The translations under genes and the position numbers were made by a program. Below the pieces are notes generated by a model. That model had not been told where the DNA came from and ran no database searches. It worked only from the letters and a program-made list of their open reading frames with translations. Below are positions 1-8,159 of a stretch of 44,329 nucleotides of DNA, one piece after another (positions within the stretch are counted from its first letter, which is position 1; every line of letters begins with the position of its first letter). Source of the stretch: Thermoplasmata archaeon (lineage in GTDB: Archaea; Thermoplasmatota; Thermoplasmata; Thermoplasmatales; ARK-15); the NCBI GenBank assembly GCA_023261745.1, contig JAGDXR010000026.1, positions 1-44,329 on the forward strand. The letters run 5' to 3'.

Positions 1-700
1 CATGGTTGACATCACGCACGAACCGTCTCTCCCGCCCAGATATATTTCTCAGTTTCCTTTTGGCAGAGCGGGTGCCTAAGTGCTGTAATCTCCTCTTTAA
101 ATACTGGTATCTCCCTTTCACTTCCCTCAGATGTCTGCTGTTGAAAAACATGTTATTTGATAATACCCCTATATTCTTTATGCCTCTGTATATTCCAAAT
201 ACTTTCACTTCTTCTTTTTTCATCACCTCTTTATCTGGAATTTTCACCTGAACCATTATGAATATTTTTTTACCTTTTTCATCTATTACTAATTGAGCAT
301 TCGTATATTCAACCCTGTATTTGTCAATCAAAGGATAAAGTTGCACTGGATAAACCAATCTGCCATGTACCGTGGTGAGTGATATCCTATGTGAATCGGG
401 ATAGAATTTAATACCATTTACATATCTTATTGTAATAGATTTTTTATTTATTTTTTTCTTAAGATTATTGGTTTTCAATGCTTCCGATGACTGATCCATA
501 GTTGTCTTAACCAGTGTAAATGATAGTGTGGATATCCTTTCCCTTACAGTTCTGTATGTCTCTTTATTGATTCCGTTTTTATTGAATGTTTTATTCTCAA
601 AACTATAGTCCAGAACCATCTTCGTAGCTTCTTTGAACTGCCTAGCAGTTTCAATGAGCAATCTGTCATAAGGAAGCTTCAGTTTAATAGTTCTGAACAT
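1..700 (-). CDS. tnpB: IS200/IS605-family TnpB (OrfB) homologue, N-terminal 233 codons; the 3' part runs off the left edge of the window
   Basis: Absent from the ORF track because there is no stop in the window. The reverse complement of 1..700 is open from ATG at 700-698: MFRTIKLKLPYDRLLIETARQFKEA...VKVFGIYRGIKNIGVLSNN...GRYQYLKRRLQHLGTRSAKRKLRNISGRERRFVRDVNH. This matches the conserved TnpB/OrfB blocks: the G-I-D-x-G-like RuvC-I block, then R..LQ..GT.SAKR.L...GRE.RF..D.NH. Confidence 0.8.
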   Translation of the reverse strand, partial: MFRTIKLKLPYDRLLIETARQFKEATKMVLDYSFENKTFNKNGINKETYRTVRERISTLSFTLVKTTMDQSSEALKTNNLKKKINKKSITIRYVNGIKFYPDSHRISLTTVHGRLVYPVQLYPLIDKYRVEYTNAQLVIDEKGKKIFIMVQVKIPDKEVMKKEEVKVFGIYRGIKNIGVLSNNMFFNSRHLREVKGRYQYLKRRLQHLGTRSAKRKLRNISGRERRFVRDVNH

Positions 701-805
701 TATCTATTAACATGGAGAATTTATTAATAAATTTTTCAGCTGAGGGAACTCCGTGTATCTCTTCTCTGAAGACCAGATTTTACTGCTTCCCTCAAACTCC
801 TAACT
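1..805 (-). mobile_element. tnpB-only (IS1341-like) IS200/IS605-family element, left-end portion; the right end lies outside the window
   Basis: tnpB starts at 700. The 105 nt upstream of it (701-805) align without gaps to 26993-27097, and the 744-805 part is about 87% identical. Similarity stops right after the 10-mer actcctaact (796-805). No tnpA ORF lies between tnpB and the element end. Confidence 0.7.
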
Positions 806-848
806 ATTCAATAAAGATTTCCACAAAACAAGAATAATACAAAAAGAA

Positions 849-857
849 TTTATAAAA
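849..857 (+). promoter_or_regulatory. Putative archaeal TATA box for tRNA-Ser
   Basis: tttataaaa lies about 21-29 nt upstream of the first tRNA nucleotide (878), the usual archaeal TATA-to-start spacing. Confidence 0.4.
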
Positions 858-877
858 TAAAATTTTTACGAAATTAA

Positions 878-963
878 GCCGCGGTAGCCTAGCCCGGATG
901 AAGGCGGTAGACTCGAGATCTACTGTTCGCAAGGACTCGGGAGTTCAAATCTCCCCCGCGGCG
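878..963 (+). tRNA. tRNA-Ser (anticodon CGA), class II with long variable arm, no intron, no encoded CCA
   Basis: Hand-folded cloverleaf:
- acceptor stem GCCGCGG/CCGCGGC, discriminator G
- D stem GCCT/AGGC with an 11-nt loop containing GG
- anticodon stem GTAGA/TCTAC with loop CTCGAGA, so the anticodon is CGA
- 15-nt variable arm with a 4-bp stem and GCAA loop
- T arm GGGAG-TTCAAAT-CTCCC
Total length 86 nt. Confidence 0.93.
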
Positions 964-1053
964 TTTGTTAGCATATTTAAAAAAAATTCATAAAAAATAA
1001 AAGGGTCGATGGTATTAAATCCTTAATTTCTGATTACACTTCGGGTGAGTTAT

Positions 1054-2070
1054 ATGGTTTTCGAAAATTGGCTGAAAGATATGGTTTTTGAATTTGGAGT
1101 AAGTGGATATGAGGAACCCATAAAAGAAAAAATAATGGATCATTTAAAAAGATACGGAACTCCTCATAACGACAAAATAGGAAACGTTTATTTTACTTTT
1201 GGTGGAAATGGAAAGCATATAGCATTCATAGCTCACATGGATGAAATTGGGGTCATAGTTACACACTTAGACAAATCTGGCATGTTGAGAATTAAAAGGG
1301 TTGGAGGTGTCGATTCAAGAATGCTATATGGACAGTATTTGGAATTTTTATGCAGGGATGGTAAAAAAAGGTTAGGTGTTATTGGCCTGAAACCACCTCA
1401 TGTATCAAAAGAGGATGAATTGAACAAATGTTTTTCAGGGGAAGAATTGTATGTGGATGTAGGAGCAAGATCTAAGGAAGAGGCTGAAGGCCTGGGCTTC
1501 AATGTCCTTGACCCGGGTAGATGGGTTAAAAATTTCATTAAGCTTAATGACAGGTACATTGTGACAAGGGGAATTGATGACAGAGCAGGTGTTGCAATGC
1601 TTCTTGAATTTCTCGAAAGAAATTTCAACAAAAATCTGAAGAATAAGATTACCCTGATATTTACTGTCCAGGAAGAAACCGGCCTTAGGGGTGCCAGGGG
1701 AATAGAGGATTCTGAGTATGATGAAATATATGTAATAGATAGCGTCACTTCTGCTGATATGCCAAATGTAGATTATGCTCTATCCCCAGTTTCTCTGGGA
1801 AAGGGTCCCGTATTCAGATTTTATGATGCACGGGGAGCAAATTCATTTTCTTTGCTGAAGAAATTAAGGGAAGTGGCAGAAAAAAACGGAATAAAATACC
1901 AAGAAGTTGTGACCGGAGGTTCCACGGACGCTGCAGGAACTTTTGAGAGAGGTATACCAAGCATTGCCATAAGTTTTCCCATAAAGTATACACACTCAAC
2001 TGTAGAAATGCTGGATCTCAATGATATAGAAAATGAAATAAAATTGATGGAAAAAATTTCAGAAATTTAA
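1054..2070 (+). CDS. M42-family metallo-aminopeptidase (TET/FrvX-like)
   Basis: Contains the M42 metal-ligand blocks IAHMDEIG, GIDDRAG and VQEETGLRGA. The ORF track starts at GTG 1045. ATG 1054 is preceded by the SD-like GGGTGAG at 1043-1049, so I prefer 1054. Confidence 0.85.
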   Translation: MVFENWLKDMVFEFGVSGYEEPIKEKIMDHLKRYGTPHNDKIGNVYFTFGGNGKHIAFIAHMDEIGVIVTHLDKSGMLRIKRVGGVDSRMLYGQYLEFLCRDGKKRLGVIGLKPPHVSKEDELNKCFSGEELYVDVGARSKEEAEGLGFNVLDPGRWVKNFIKLNDRYIVTRGIDDRAGVAMLLEFLERNFNKNLKNKITLIFTVQEETGLRGARGIEDSEYDEIYVIDSVTSADMPNVDYALSPVSLGKGPVFRFYDARGANSFSLLKKLREVAEKNGIKYQEVVTGGSTDAAGTFERGIPSIAISFPIKYTHSTVEMLDLNDIENEIKLMEKISEI

Positions 2071-3290
2071 TTCTTATTTTTAATTTCTTCTTTTATTGCT
2101 TTACCTAGCCTTCCTATTCCTTCAACGATATCTTCATCTCTTGAATATGTGAAATTCAGCCTCATGGAATTTCTACCCCTTCCATCAGGATAGAACGCCG
2201 TTCCAACAACATATGCAACCTTGTTTTCCAGCGCCTTCTTCAAGAGCTTTTCAGTATCAAGGCCCCAGTCAACAGTTACCCAGAGAAACATTCCACCATT
2301 TGGCCTGGTCCATGTAACACCCTCAGGCATCGATTCCTCAAGGGATTTAAGCATGAGATCCCTTTTCTTTCTGTATAATTCTACGATCTTAGGTATCTGC
2401 TTATCTATCATACCACTCCTGAGATATTCAAGGGCAATATACTGGCTGAATACGTTTGTACAGAGATCAACGCCCTGCTTCAGTAATGCTATCTTTCTCG
2501 TAATGGCTTCATTAGATACAACCCATCCAAGCCTTATTCCTGGAGACAGTACTTTGCTGAAAGTGCCCATGTATATGACCCTGTCTTCCTTGTCATAATA
2601 TTTAATGGGCATAACAGGATCCCCAGTGAACCTTATTTCACTGTATGGATCATCCTCAAATATTATAAGATCATATTTTGAAGCTATTTCAAGCAGATGT
2701 TTTCTCTTATCCACAGACCATGTTAACCCTGCGGGGTTCTGGAATGTTGGTATAACATATATGAATTTAGGAACCTTTTTTTCATTAATTGCCTTTTTAA
2801 TTTTTGCATCAAGTTCATTTAAATCCATTCCATCCTCTTTTAATTCTACTGTTAACCATGATGGCATCTGGGCATTGAATGCGGATATTGCACCAACGTA
2901 GGTCGGAGCTTCACTTATAACATAGTCCCCTCTGTTCAAGAAAACTTTTGATACCATGTATAAACCGGACTGACTGCCGTTAAGTACAATGATATTTGAG
3001 GGGTTTGTTGAAATTGAAAATTTATCCTTCATCCTTTTAGCAATCTGTTCCCTTAACTCTGTAACTCCTTCAGTTGTTCCATACTGCAGTGCTTTCGTGC
3101 CATAATTGTCCATTATGTTATTCAGAATTTCCTTAATATTTTCAATTGGAAATGATTTTGGGTTTGGCATACCTCCACCGAATGAAATTACATCGGGCTG
3201 CTCGGCATATTTCAGCAACTCTCTTACCGCAGATCCCTTCAGCGTTTTGGATATATCTGAGAACTTGGATTCTAAATCCATAAAATCCAC
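2067..3290 (-). CDS. PLP-dependent class I/II aminotransferase (2-aminoadipate/aromatic aminotransferase-like, COG1167 type)
   Basis: Contains LQYGTTEGVTELREQIA, FIYVIPTFQNPAG and the PLP-lysine block GTFSKVLSPGIRLGW. Confidence 0.8.
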   Translation of the reverse strand: MDFMDLESKFSDISKTLKGSAVRELLKYAEQPDVISFGGGMPNPKSFPIENIKEILNNIMDNYGTKALQYGTTEGVTELREQIAKRMKDKFSISTNPSNIIVLNGSQSGLYMVSKVFLNRGDYVISEAPTYVGAISAFNAQMPSWLTVELKEDGMDLNELDAKIKKAINEKKVPKFIYVIPTFQNPAGLTWSVDKRKHLLEIASKYDLIIFEDDPYSEIRFTGDPVMPIKYYDKEDRVIYMGTFSKVLSPGIRLGWVVSNEAITRKIALLKQGVDLCTNVFSQYIALEYLRSGMIDKQIPKIVELYRKKRDLMLKSLEESMPEGVTWTRPNGGMFLWVTVDWGLDTEKLLKKALENKVAYVVGTAFYPDGRGRNSMRLNFTYSRDEDIVEGIGRLGKAIKEEIKNKN

Positions 3291-3352
3291 CGAATGGTGT
3301 AATGATTAATAAGATATTAAATTTTGGAAAAAATTTAATTTAAATTTTAAAA

Positions 3353-4651
3353 TTATTTTATTTCAGGTGGATTGACGAGATGGCAGGCGACTAAGTGCTC
3401 GTTCCCTATGTCCTTTAGCTTGGGGTCAACGGGTTCATGCATCTTTATCTTCAATAGATTTCCATTAACAGATATTTCCTTTATCCCATACAGGGCCCTT
3501 GTCTGTTCCTTTTCCTTCTGTATTATGGATTCAACAACACCCTGCTGAACTGGATTGTTGAATGTTACTTCCATGTTAAGGTCATCTATTACGTTCATCT
3601 CCTGAATCTCTGCATTTCCCATTTCAGGGTTCCTTTTATTATCAAGAACAAACCTTAATGGTTCAATAAGTTCATCTGTTGTAAATCCGCAGGGTTCAAA
3701 TGCATGTCTGCATCTAGGATGGAAGAAACATCCATTTGGAGGATTTATTGGGCTCGGAACATCACCTTCAAGAATTATTCTCTCAATCTTTACCCTTGGA
3801 TCAGGAATTGGAACAGATGATAATAATGCCTGCGTATATGGATGTTTTGGGTCCTTGAATATTTCGTCTTTCATCGCACTTTCAACTATTTTTCCGAGAT
3901 ACATTACCATTATCCGGTCAGAAATGTGCCTTACAACAAGAATATGATGCGTTATGAAGAGCATTGTAAGGTTGAATTCTTTTCTGAGATCCTCAAGTAA
4001 ATTCAAAACCTGTGCCTGAACTGAAACATCAAGTGCTGAAGTCGGTTCGTCAAGGACAATGAACTCGGGACTTAGGGAAAGGGCCCTTGCAATGGCAACC
4101 CTTTGCCTCTGACCCCCAGATAATTCATGCGGAAACCTGTACATGAATTCTGCGGGGAGACCAACCTTTTCTAGCAATTCCTGAACCCTTGCATATGCAT
4201 CCTTTTTCTTCCAGCCAAATGAAAAAAGTGGTTCTGCAACTATATCTTTTATAAGCATCCTTGGATCAAGGGAGGAATATGGATCCTGAAATACAATGTT
4301 GAACTTCTTTCTCATTTCCCTCAATTTATTCTTATGCATGTGAAATATTGAATAATTTTTGAGTTCCTCATCCGATAATTTCTGGTTTGATTTTATTTTG
4401 TTAAGGACTTCTGGTGGCGGAGAAAAATACAGTTCTCCACCTGAAGGCTCTATTAATCTGATAAGCAGCCTTCCAAGTGTTGATTTACCGCATCCTGTTT
4501 CTCCGACAAGACCTACAACTTCCCCCTTCTTTATGACTATGTCAACATCATTTACAGCTTTAACGTATATGTTTGATCTTGAAGTCAATCCCGTCTTTAT
4601 AGGGAAGAATTTTTTAAGATTTCTTCCTATTATCAATTCTTCTTCTACCAT
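3353..4651 (-). CDS. oppF: Oligopeptide/dipeptide ABC transporter ATP-binding protein (OppF/DppF type) with a long C-terminal region
   Basis: Walker A GETGCGKS, Q-loop FQDPYSSLDP, signature LSGGQRQR, Walker B LDEPTSALD. The C-terminal Cys-rich Opp domain is CFFHPRCRHAFEPC...LVACH. SD-like GAGGTG lies 6 nt upstream of the ATG. Confidence 0.88.
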   Translation of the reverse strand: MVEEELIIGRNLKKFFPIKTGLTSRSNIYVKAVNDVDIVIKKGEVVGLVGETGCGKSTLGRLLIRLIEPSGGELYFSPPPEVLNKIKSNQKLSDEELKNYSIFHMHKNKLREMRKKFNIVFQDPYSSLDPRMLIKDIVAEPLFSFGWKKKDAYARVQELLEKVGLPAEFMYRFPHELSGGQRQRVAIARALSLSPEFIVLDEPTSALDVSVQAQVLNLLEDLRKEFNLTMLFITHHILVVRHISDRIMVMYLGKIVESAMKDEIFKDPKHPYTQALLSSVPIPDPRVKIERIILEGDVPSPINPPNGCFFHPRCRHAFEPCGFTTDELIEPLRFVLDNKRNPEMGNAEIQEMNVIDDLNMEVTFNNPVQQGVVESIIQKEKEQTRALYGIKEISVNGNLLKIKMHEPVDPKLKDIGNEHLVACHLVNPPEIK

Positions 4652-4660
4652 TTTAACACC

Positions 4661-6046
4661 TCAGTAAAGCCAGCATGCAACATAATGATCCTTTTCTATT
4701 TCTTTCATAACAGGTTTTTCCCTTGTGCATATCTCCATGGCGTGTGGGCATCTTGGATGGAACCTGCATCCTGCCGGTGGATTCACAAGATTGGGGATTG
4801 ATCCGGGTATAACATGAAGTTTTTCCTTCATTGTCTTATTGGTGGGTATTGATTTCAGCAATCCCTGGGTATATGGATGCTTTGGTTTGTAAAATATATC
4901 ATCCTTCGGCCCTATTTCAACAATATTCCCTGCATACATAACCGCTACACGGTCCGCTATGTCCGCAATTACACCAAGATCATGTGTGATAAACAATATT
5001 GATGACCCTATCCTGTATTTTAGATCTTTCATCAAATCCAGTATCTGTGCCTGAGTTGTAACATCAAGGGCTGTCGTGGGCTCATCTGCTATCAATAACT
5101 TCGGATCGTTTGCCAGAGCCATTGCTATCATTACTCTCTGCCTCATGCCCCCAGAAAGTTCATGCGGATATTCCTTCAATATTATATCCGCATTGTATAT
5201 GTTAACCAAATTTAATAATTCCATGGCCTTCCTTTCCGCTTCCATTATTATTCTCTTAAAAACTATTCTGTGTATTATTGGAAATCTCCAGAAAAATCTC
5301 TCATGCCCATTGTTTTCGACAAGTTCTTCCAGATATTTTCTTTCAAGTGAATTGAGTGGCTTATCATTTCGGATATTATTCATCCTTTCAGATTTCTGGA
5401 GCCTTGTAAGATCCTTACGAAACATTATAGACCTCAACTGTTCCATCAGTGGTTTTAACTTTGGATCTTCAAGATATGATTTTATTTTATCTTCCTTGTT
5501 ATTCAACACTGCATCCACCATATCGCTGAAATTTGCATTATTTATATCAATTCTTGAAAGAATCCTCATTGCAAGCTCATTTTTGCTGTGATATATCAAC
5601 GGTTCTGTAAGCTGATAACCAATTTTCAGAACTGGATTAAGGGCGGTCATTGGCTCCTGAAATATCATAGCAATCTTTTTACCCCTTATTTTATTTACAA
5701 ACTCCTGCCTCTTTACATACCTTCTCCTGTTATACTTTAACTTTACCTTCCCCTTTCTTCCATATTTTAGCCATACATCGGGTTTCTTCATGTTAACTAA
5801 TGGATTTGTCATATCTATATTTTCAAAATATATATGGCCTTCTACTACCGTTCCATCTGTCGGGGGAATTAAATTCATTATTGAAAGGGATGTTACGGAT
5901 TTACCGCATCCTGTTTCTCCGACAAGACCAAGAGTTTCATTTTTCCTTATTTCAAATGTCACGCCATCCAATGCTTTAACAACTCCCTTCCATGTCACAA
6001 AATGAACCTTCAGATTTTCCACAGTTATCATGGTTTCATCATTCAT
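4661..6046 (-). CDS. oppD: Oligopeptide/dipeptide ABC transporter ATP-binding protein (OppD/DppD type) with large insertions
   Basis: Walker A GETGCGKS, Q-loop MIFQEPMTALNP, signature LSGGMRQR, Walker B IADEPTTALD, C-terminal CRFHPRCPHAMEIC...YVACW. The track start is 6079. I prefer ATG 6046, because GGAGGT sits 6 nt upstream of it, embedded in the last codons of oppC. Confidence 0.88.
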   Translation of the reverse strand: MNDETMITVENLKVHFVTWKGVVKALDGVTFEIRKNETLGLVGETGCGKSVTSLSIMNLIPPTDGTVVEGHIYFENIDMTNPLVNMKKPDVWLKYGRKGKVKLKYNRRRYVKRQEFVNKIRGKKIAMIFQEPMTALNPVLKIGYQLTEPLIYHSKNELAMRILSRIDINNANFSDMVDAVLNNKEDKIKSYLEDPKLKPLMEQLRSIMFRKDLTRLQKSERMNNIRNDKPLNSLERKYLEELVENNGHERFFWRFPIIHRIVFKRIIMEAERKAMELLNLVNIYNADIILKEYPHELSGGMRQRVMIAMALANDPKLLIADEPTTALDVTTQAQILDLMKDLKYRIGSSILFITHDLGVIADIADRVAVMYAGNIVEIGPKDDIFYKPKHPYTQGLLKSIPTNKTMKEKLHVIPGSIPNLVNPPAGCRFHPRCPHAMEICTREKPVMKEIEKDHYVACWLY

Positions 6047-6050
6047 ATTT

Positions 6051-6980
6051 TTACCTCCTGAACCTTGGATCAAGCGCATCCCTCAAACCATCACCAACGA
6101 GGTTCATAGATAGTGCAAATAACAGCAATGCAAAACCTGGGAATACTATGGTCCACCAATCTCCTACGACAGCATATGAATAACCTATGCTTGACAGATA
6201 TCCAAGTTCCGGGATATAACCTCCGGATGAAGCACTTGAAGACCCTCCAAGCGTCGGGACGAATCCCAGAAAGGATAGTGTTGCAAATATCAATGCGACG
6301 CTTGCAAGATCCATGGAAAACTGCACAAATATCGGTGCAAGGGTATTCGGCAGAATATGCTTGAATATGATTTTATGATTTTTTGTAGCGGATGCCCTAG
6401 CGGCTTCAATATAAGCCAGTTCTTTTATGTAAAGAACCTGTCCTCTCACTACCCTTGCATATGTGGGCCACCATATAATGATCAATGCAAATGATATAAT
6501 TAATATGGTTCTTCCCATGAAAAATGCAATAGCTATTGCAAGGACAAGAAATGGTATGCTGAAGAATATATCTGTAGTACGCATTATGATCTCATCTATC
6601 CATTTTCCGAAATATCCGGATACAAGTCCCAATAAGATACCGCTTATGGCTCCTATTCCAACAACGAAAAACGTTATTCCAATATCAAGCCTAATGGCCT
6701 TGAGAATCCCCTGAAAGAGATCGATTCCCGGGAATGTTGTACCGAATATATGCTGTGAACTTGGAGGCAATGGGGATGGGTTGTAATAATTGGGCATGAG
6801 GGAATTTACATCGGTAAGACCTATCAATCCGGGATCAAATTCATCTATTAATGCTATTAAAATGTAAATCATTACAACTACCAGACCGAATACAGCACCC
6901 GGATCCCTCAAGAATATCTTCATTGTTATGATAAAACTTTCAAGTTTCGGGTTTCTTTTCTTTTCTACCATTTCATTCAC
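6051..6980 (-). CDS. oppC: Oligopeptide/dipeptide ABC transporter permease (OppC/DppC type)
   Basis: Polytopic membrane protein with the BPD-transport EAA-like block YIEAARASATKNHKIIFKHILPN. It sits between the OppB-like permease and the OppD-like ATPase. Confidence 0.85.
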   Translation of the reverse strand: MNEMVEKKRNPKLESFIITMKIFLRDPGAVFGLVVVMIYILIALIDEFDPGLIGLTDVNSLMPNYYNPSPLPPSSQHIFGTTFPGIDLFQGILKAIRLDIGITFFVVGIGAISGILLGLVSGYFGKWIDEIIMRTTDIFFSIPFLVLAIAIAFFMGRTILIISFALIIIWWPTYARVVRGQVLYIKELAYIEAARASATKNHKIIFKHILPNTLAPIFVQFSMDLASVALIFATLSFLGFVPTLGGSSSASSGGYIPELGYLSSIGYSYAVVGDWWTIVFPGFALLLFALSMNLVGDGLRDALDPRFRR

Positions 6981-8055
6981 CCAGCCTTATCCTTGGATCT
7001 ATTACAGCATATAGAATATCCACCACAAAATTCGCGGACACCAGAATTAAACCAAATACTATTGTAGAGCCCATTATACCACCAGAATCCAAACCCATCA
7101 TCGCCCAGTATGTCCAGTATCCCATACCTGGATAGTTAAATATTTCCTCAATAACCACAACTCCTCCCAGCAAACCGGCAAACAGAAGACCTGAAACCGT
7201 TACCACGGGAATAAGAGCATTCTTCCTGGCATGCTTTTTTATAACTATTTTTTCCGGAACACCTTTTGCTCTTGCTGTCCTGACATAATCCTGATTAAGT
7301 GTTTCCATCATGGAGGATCTCATATACCTCATAATACCTGCTATGGAGGTGAATGCAAGTGTTGCGGCAGGAAGAATTACGTGTCTTACTGCAGAAATAA
7401 ATACAGGTATATCACCATGTATCAGGGCATCTATCATCATTATGTGTGTAGGATAAGATATTCCAAGGTATTGATTATACCAGCTCTGCCCAACAAGGAG
7501 ATTTGCGTCTACTGTTCCGCCAAGTGGGAAAATGTTTAGAGATGGGCTTATGGTAGGAGTTGCAAATGCCTCTGCAAGTATCTGTGCAAGCCAAAATACT
7601 GGCAGAGAAATTCCAACAAATGCAATAAACCTTGTAAACTGGTCAACAAAACTGTTTTTTCTGACAGCAGATGCCGTCCCAGAAGGAATGGCAATAAACA
7701 TGGCAATTACGTATGCCACTATTGCAAGCTGTATGGTGTTGGGCATGAACAATGCTATGGCAGTTGTTACCGGACCTGTGTATATGGCGGTTTTTGTTAA
7801 TCCCCAGTTGCCCTGCACTAATGCCCACATATAATAAAAATACTGTACCCAGACAGGATCATTTAAATGAAACTGCTTTATCAGCTGCTGCTTTTCTATA
7901 AGCTGCTGCTGTGCTGATAGCCTCGGATTCAGATAGGGACCTATTATCATGTTGGTTCCGCCTGCCCTGGTCAGGAGAAATACTATTATAGTTAGCCCTA
8001 TAAGCGTTGGAATTAAAATTAAAATCCTCCTTATTACATAAGTGCTTAGCTTCAT
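6973..8055 (-). CDS. oppB: Oligopeptide/dipeptide ABC transporter permease (OppB/DppB type)
   Basis: The N-terminus MKLSTYVIRRILILIPTLIGLTIIVF is typical of OppB/DppB. EAA block: DYVRTARAKGVPEKIVIKKHARKNALIP. The C-terminus ends in DPRIR. Confidence 0.85.
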   Translation of the reverse strand: MKLSTYVIRRILILIPTLIGLTIIVFLLTRAGGTNMIIGPYLNPRLSAQQQLIEKQQLIKQFHLNDPVWVQYFYYMWALVQGNWGLTKTAIYTGPVTTAIALFMPNTIQLAIVAYVIAMFIAIPSGTASAVRKNSFVDQFTRFIAFVGISLPVFWLAQILAEAFATPTISPSLNIFPLGGTVDANLLVGQSWYNQYLGISYPTHIMMIDALIHGDIPVFISAVRHVILPAATLAFTSIAGIMRYMRSSMMETLNQDYVRTARAKGVPEKIVIKKHARKNALIPVVTVSGLLFAGLLGGVVVIEEIFNYPGMGYWTYWAMMGLDSGGIMGSTIVFGLILVSANFVVDILYAVIDPRIRLGE

Positions 8056-8159
8056 TCAAATTTCCTCCATTTTAGCATGAAATATCTGAAAATAACTTAA
8101 ATTTTTCGAACATTTTGCTCTGAAAAAAATCAAAAAATAAAAAGGGTAAAAAATTTTAT

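Noticed and set aside
6-251. 81-aa plus-strand ORF at the left edge
   Set aside because: It lies entirely antisense to the well-supported tnpB frame (1..700, minus). Its composition (F/L/S/I-rich) is typical of a shadow ORF.
5076-5591. Long antisense ORFs inside well-supported genes: 5076..5591, 17166..17612, 24235..24741, 27132..27575, 38070..38582, 43642..44040 and many shorter ones
   Set aside because: Each is fully contained in a gene with clear family motifs on the other strand. The S/F/L/I-rich, low-complexity translations are what the reverse frames of K/E/N/I-rich AT-biased genes produce.
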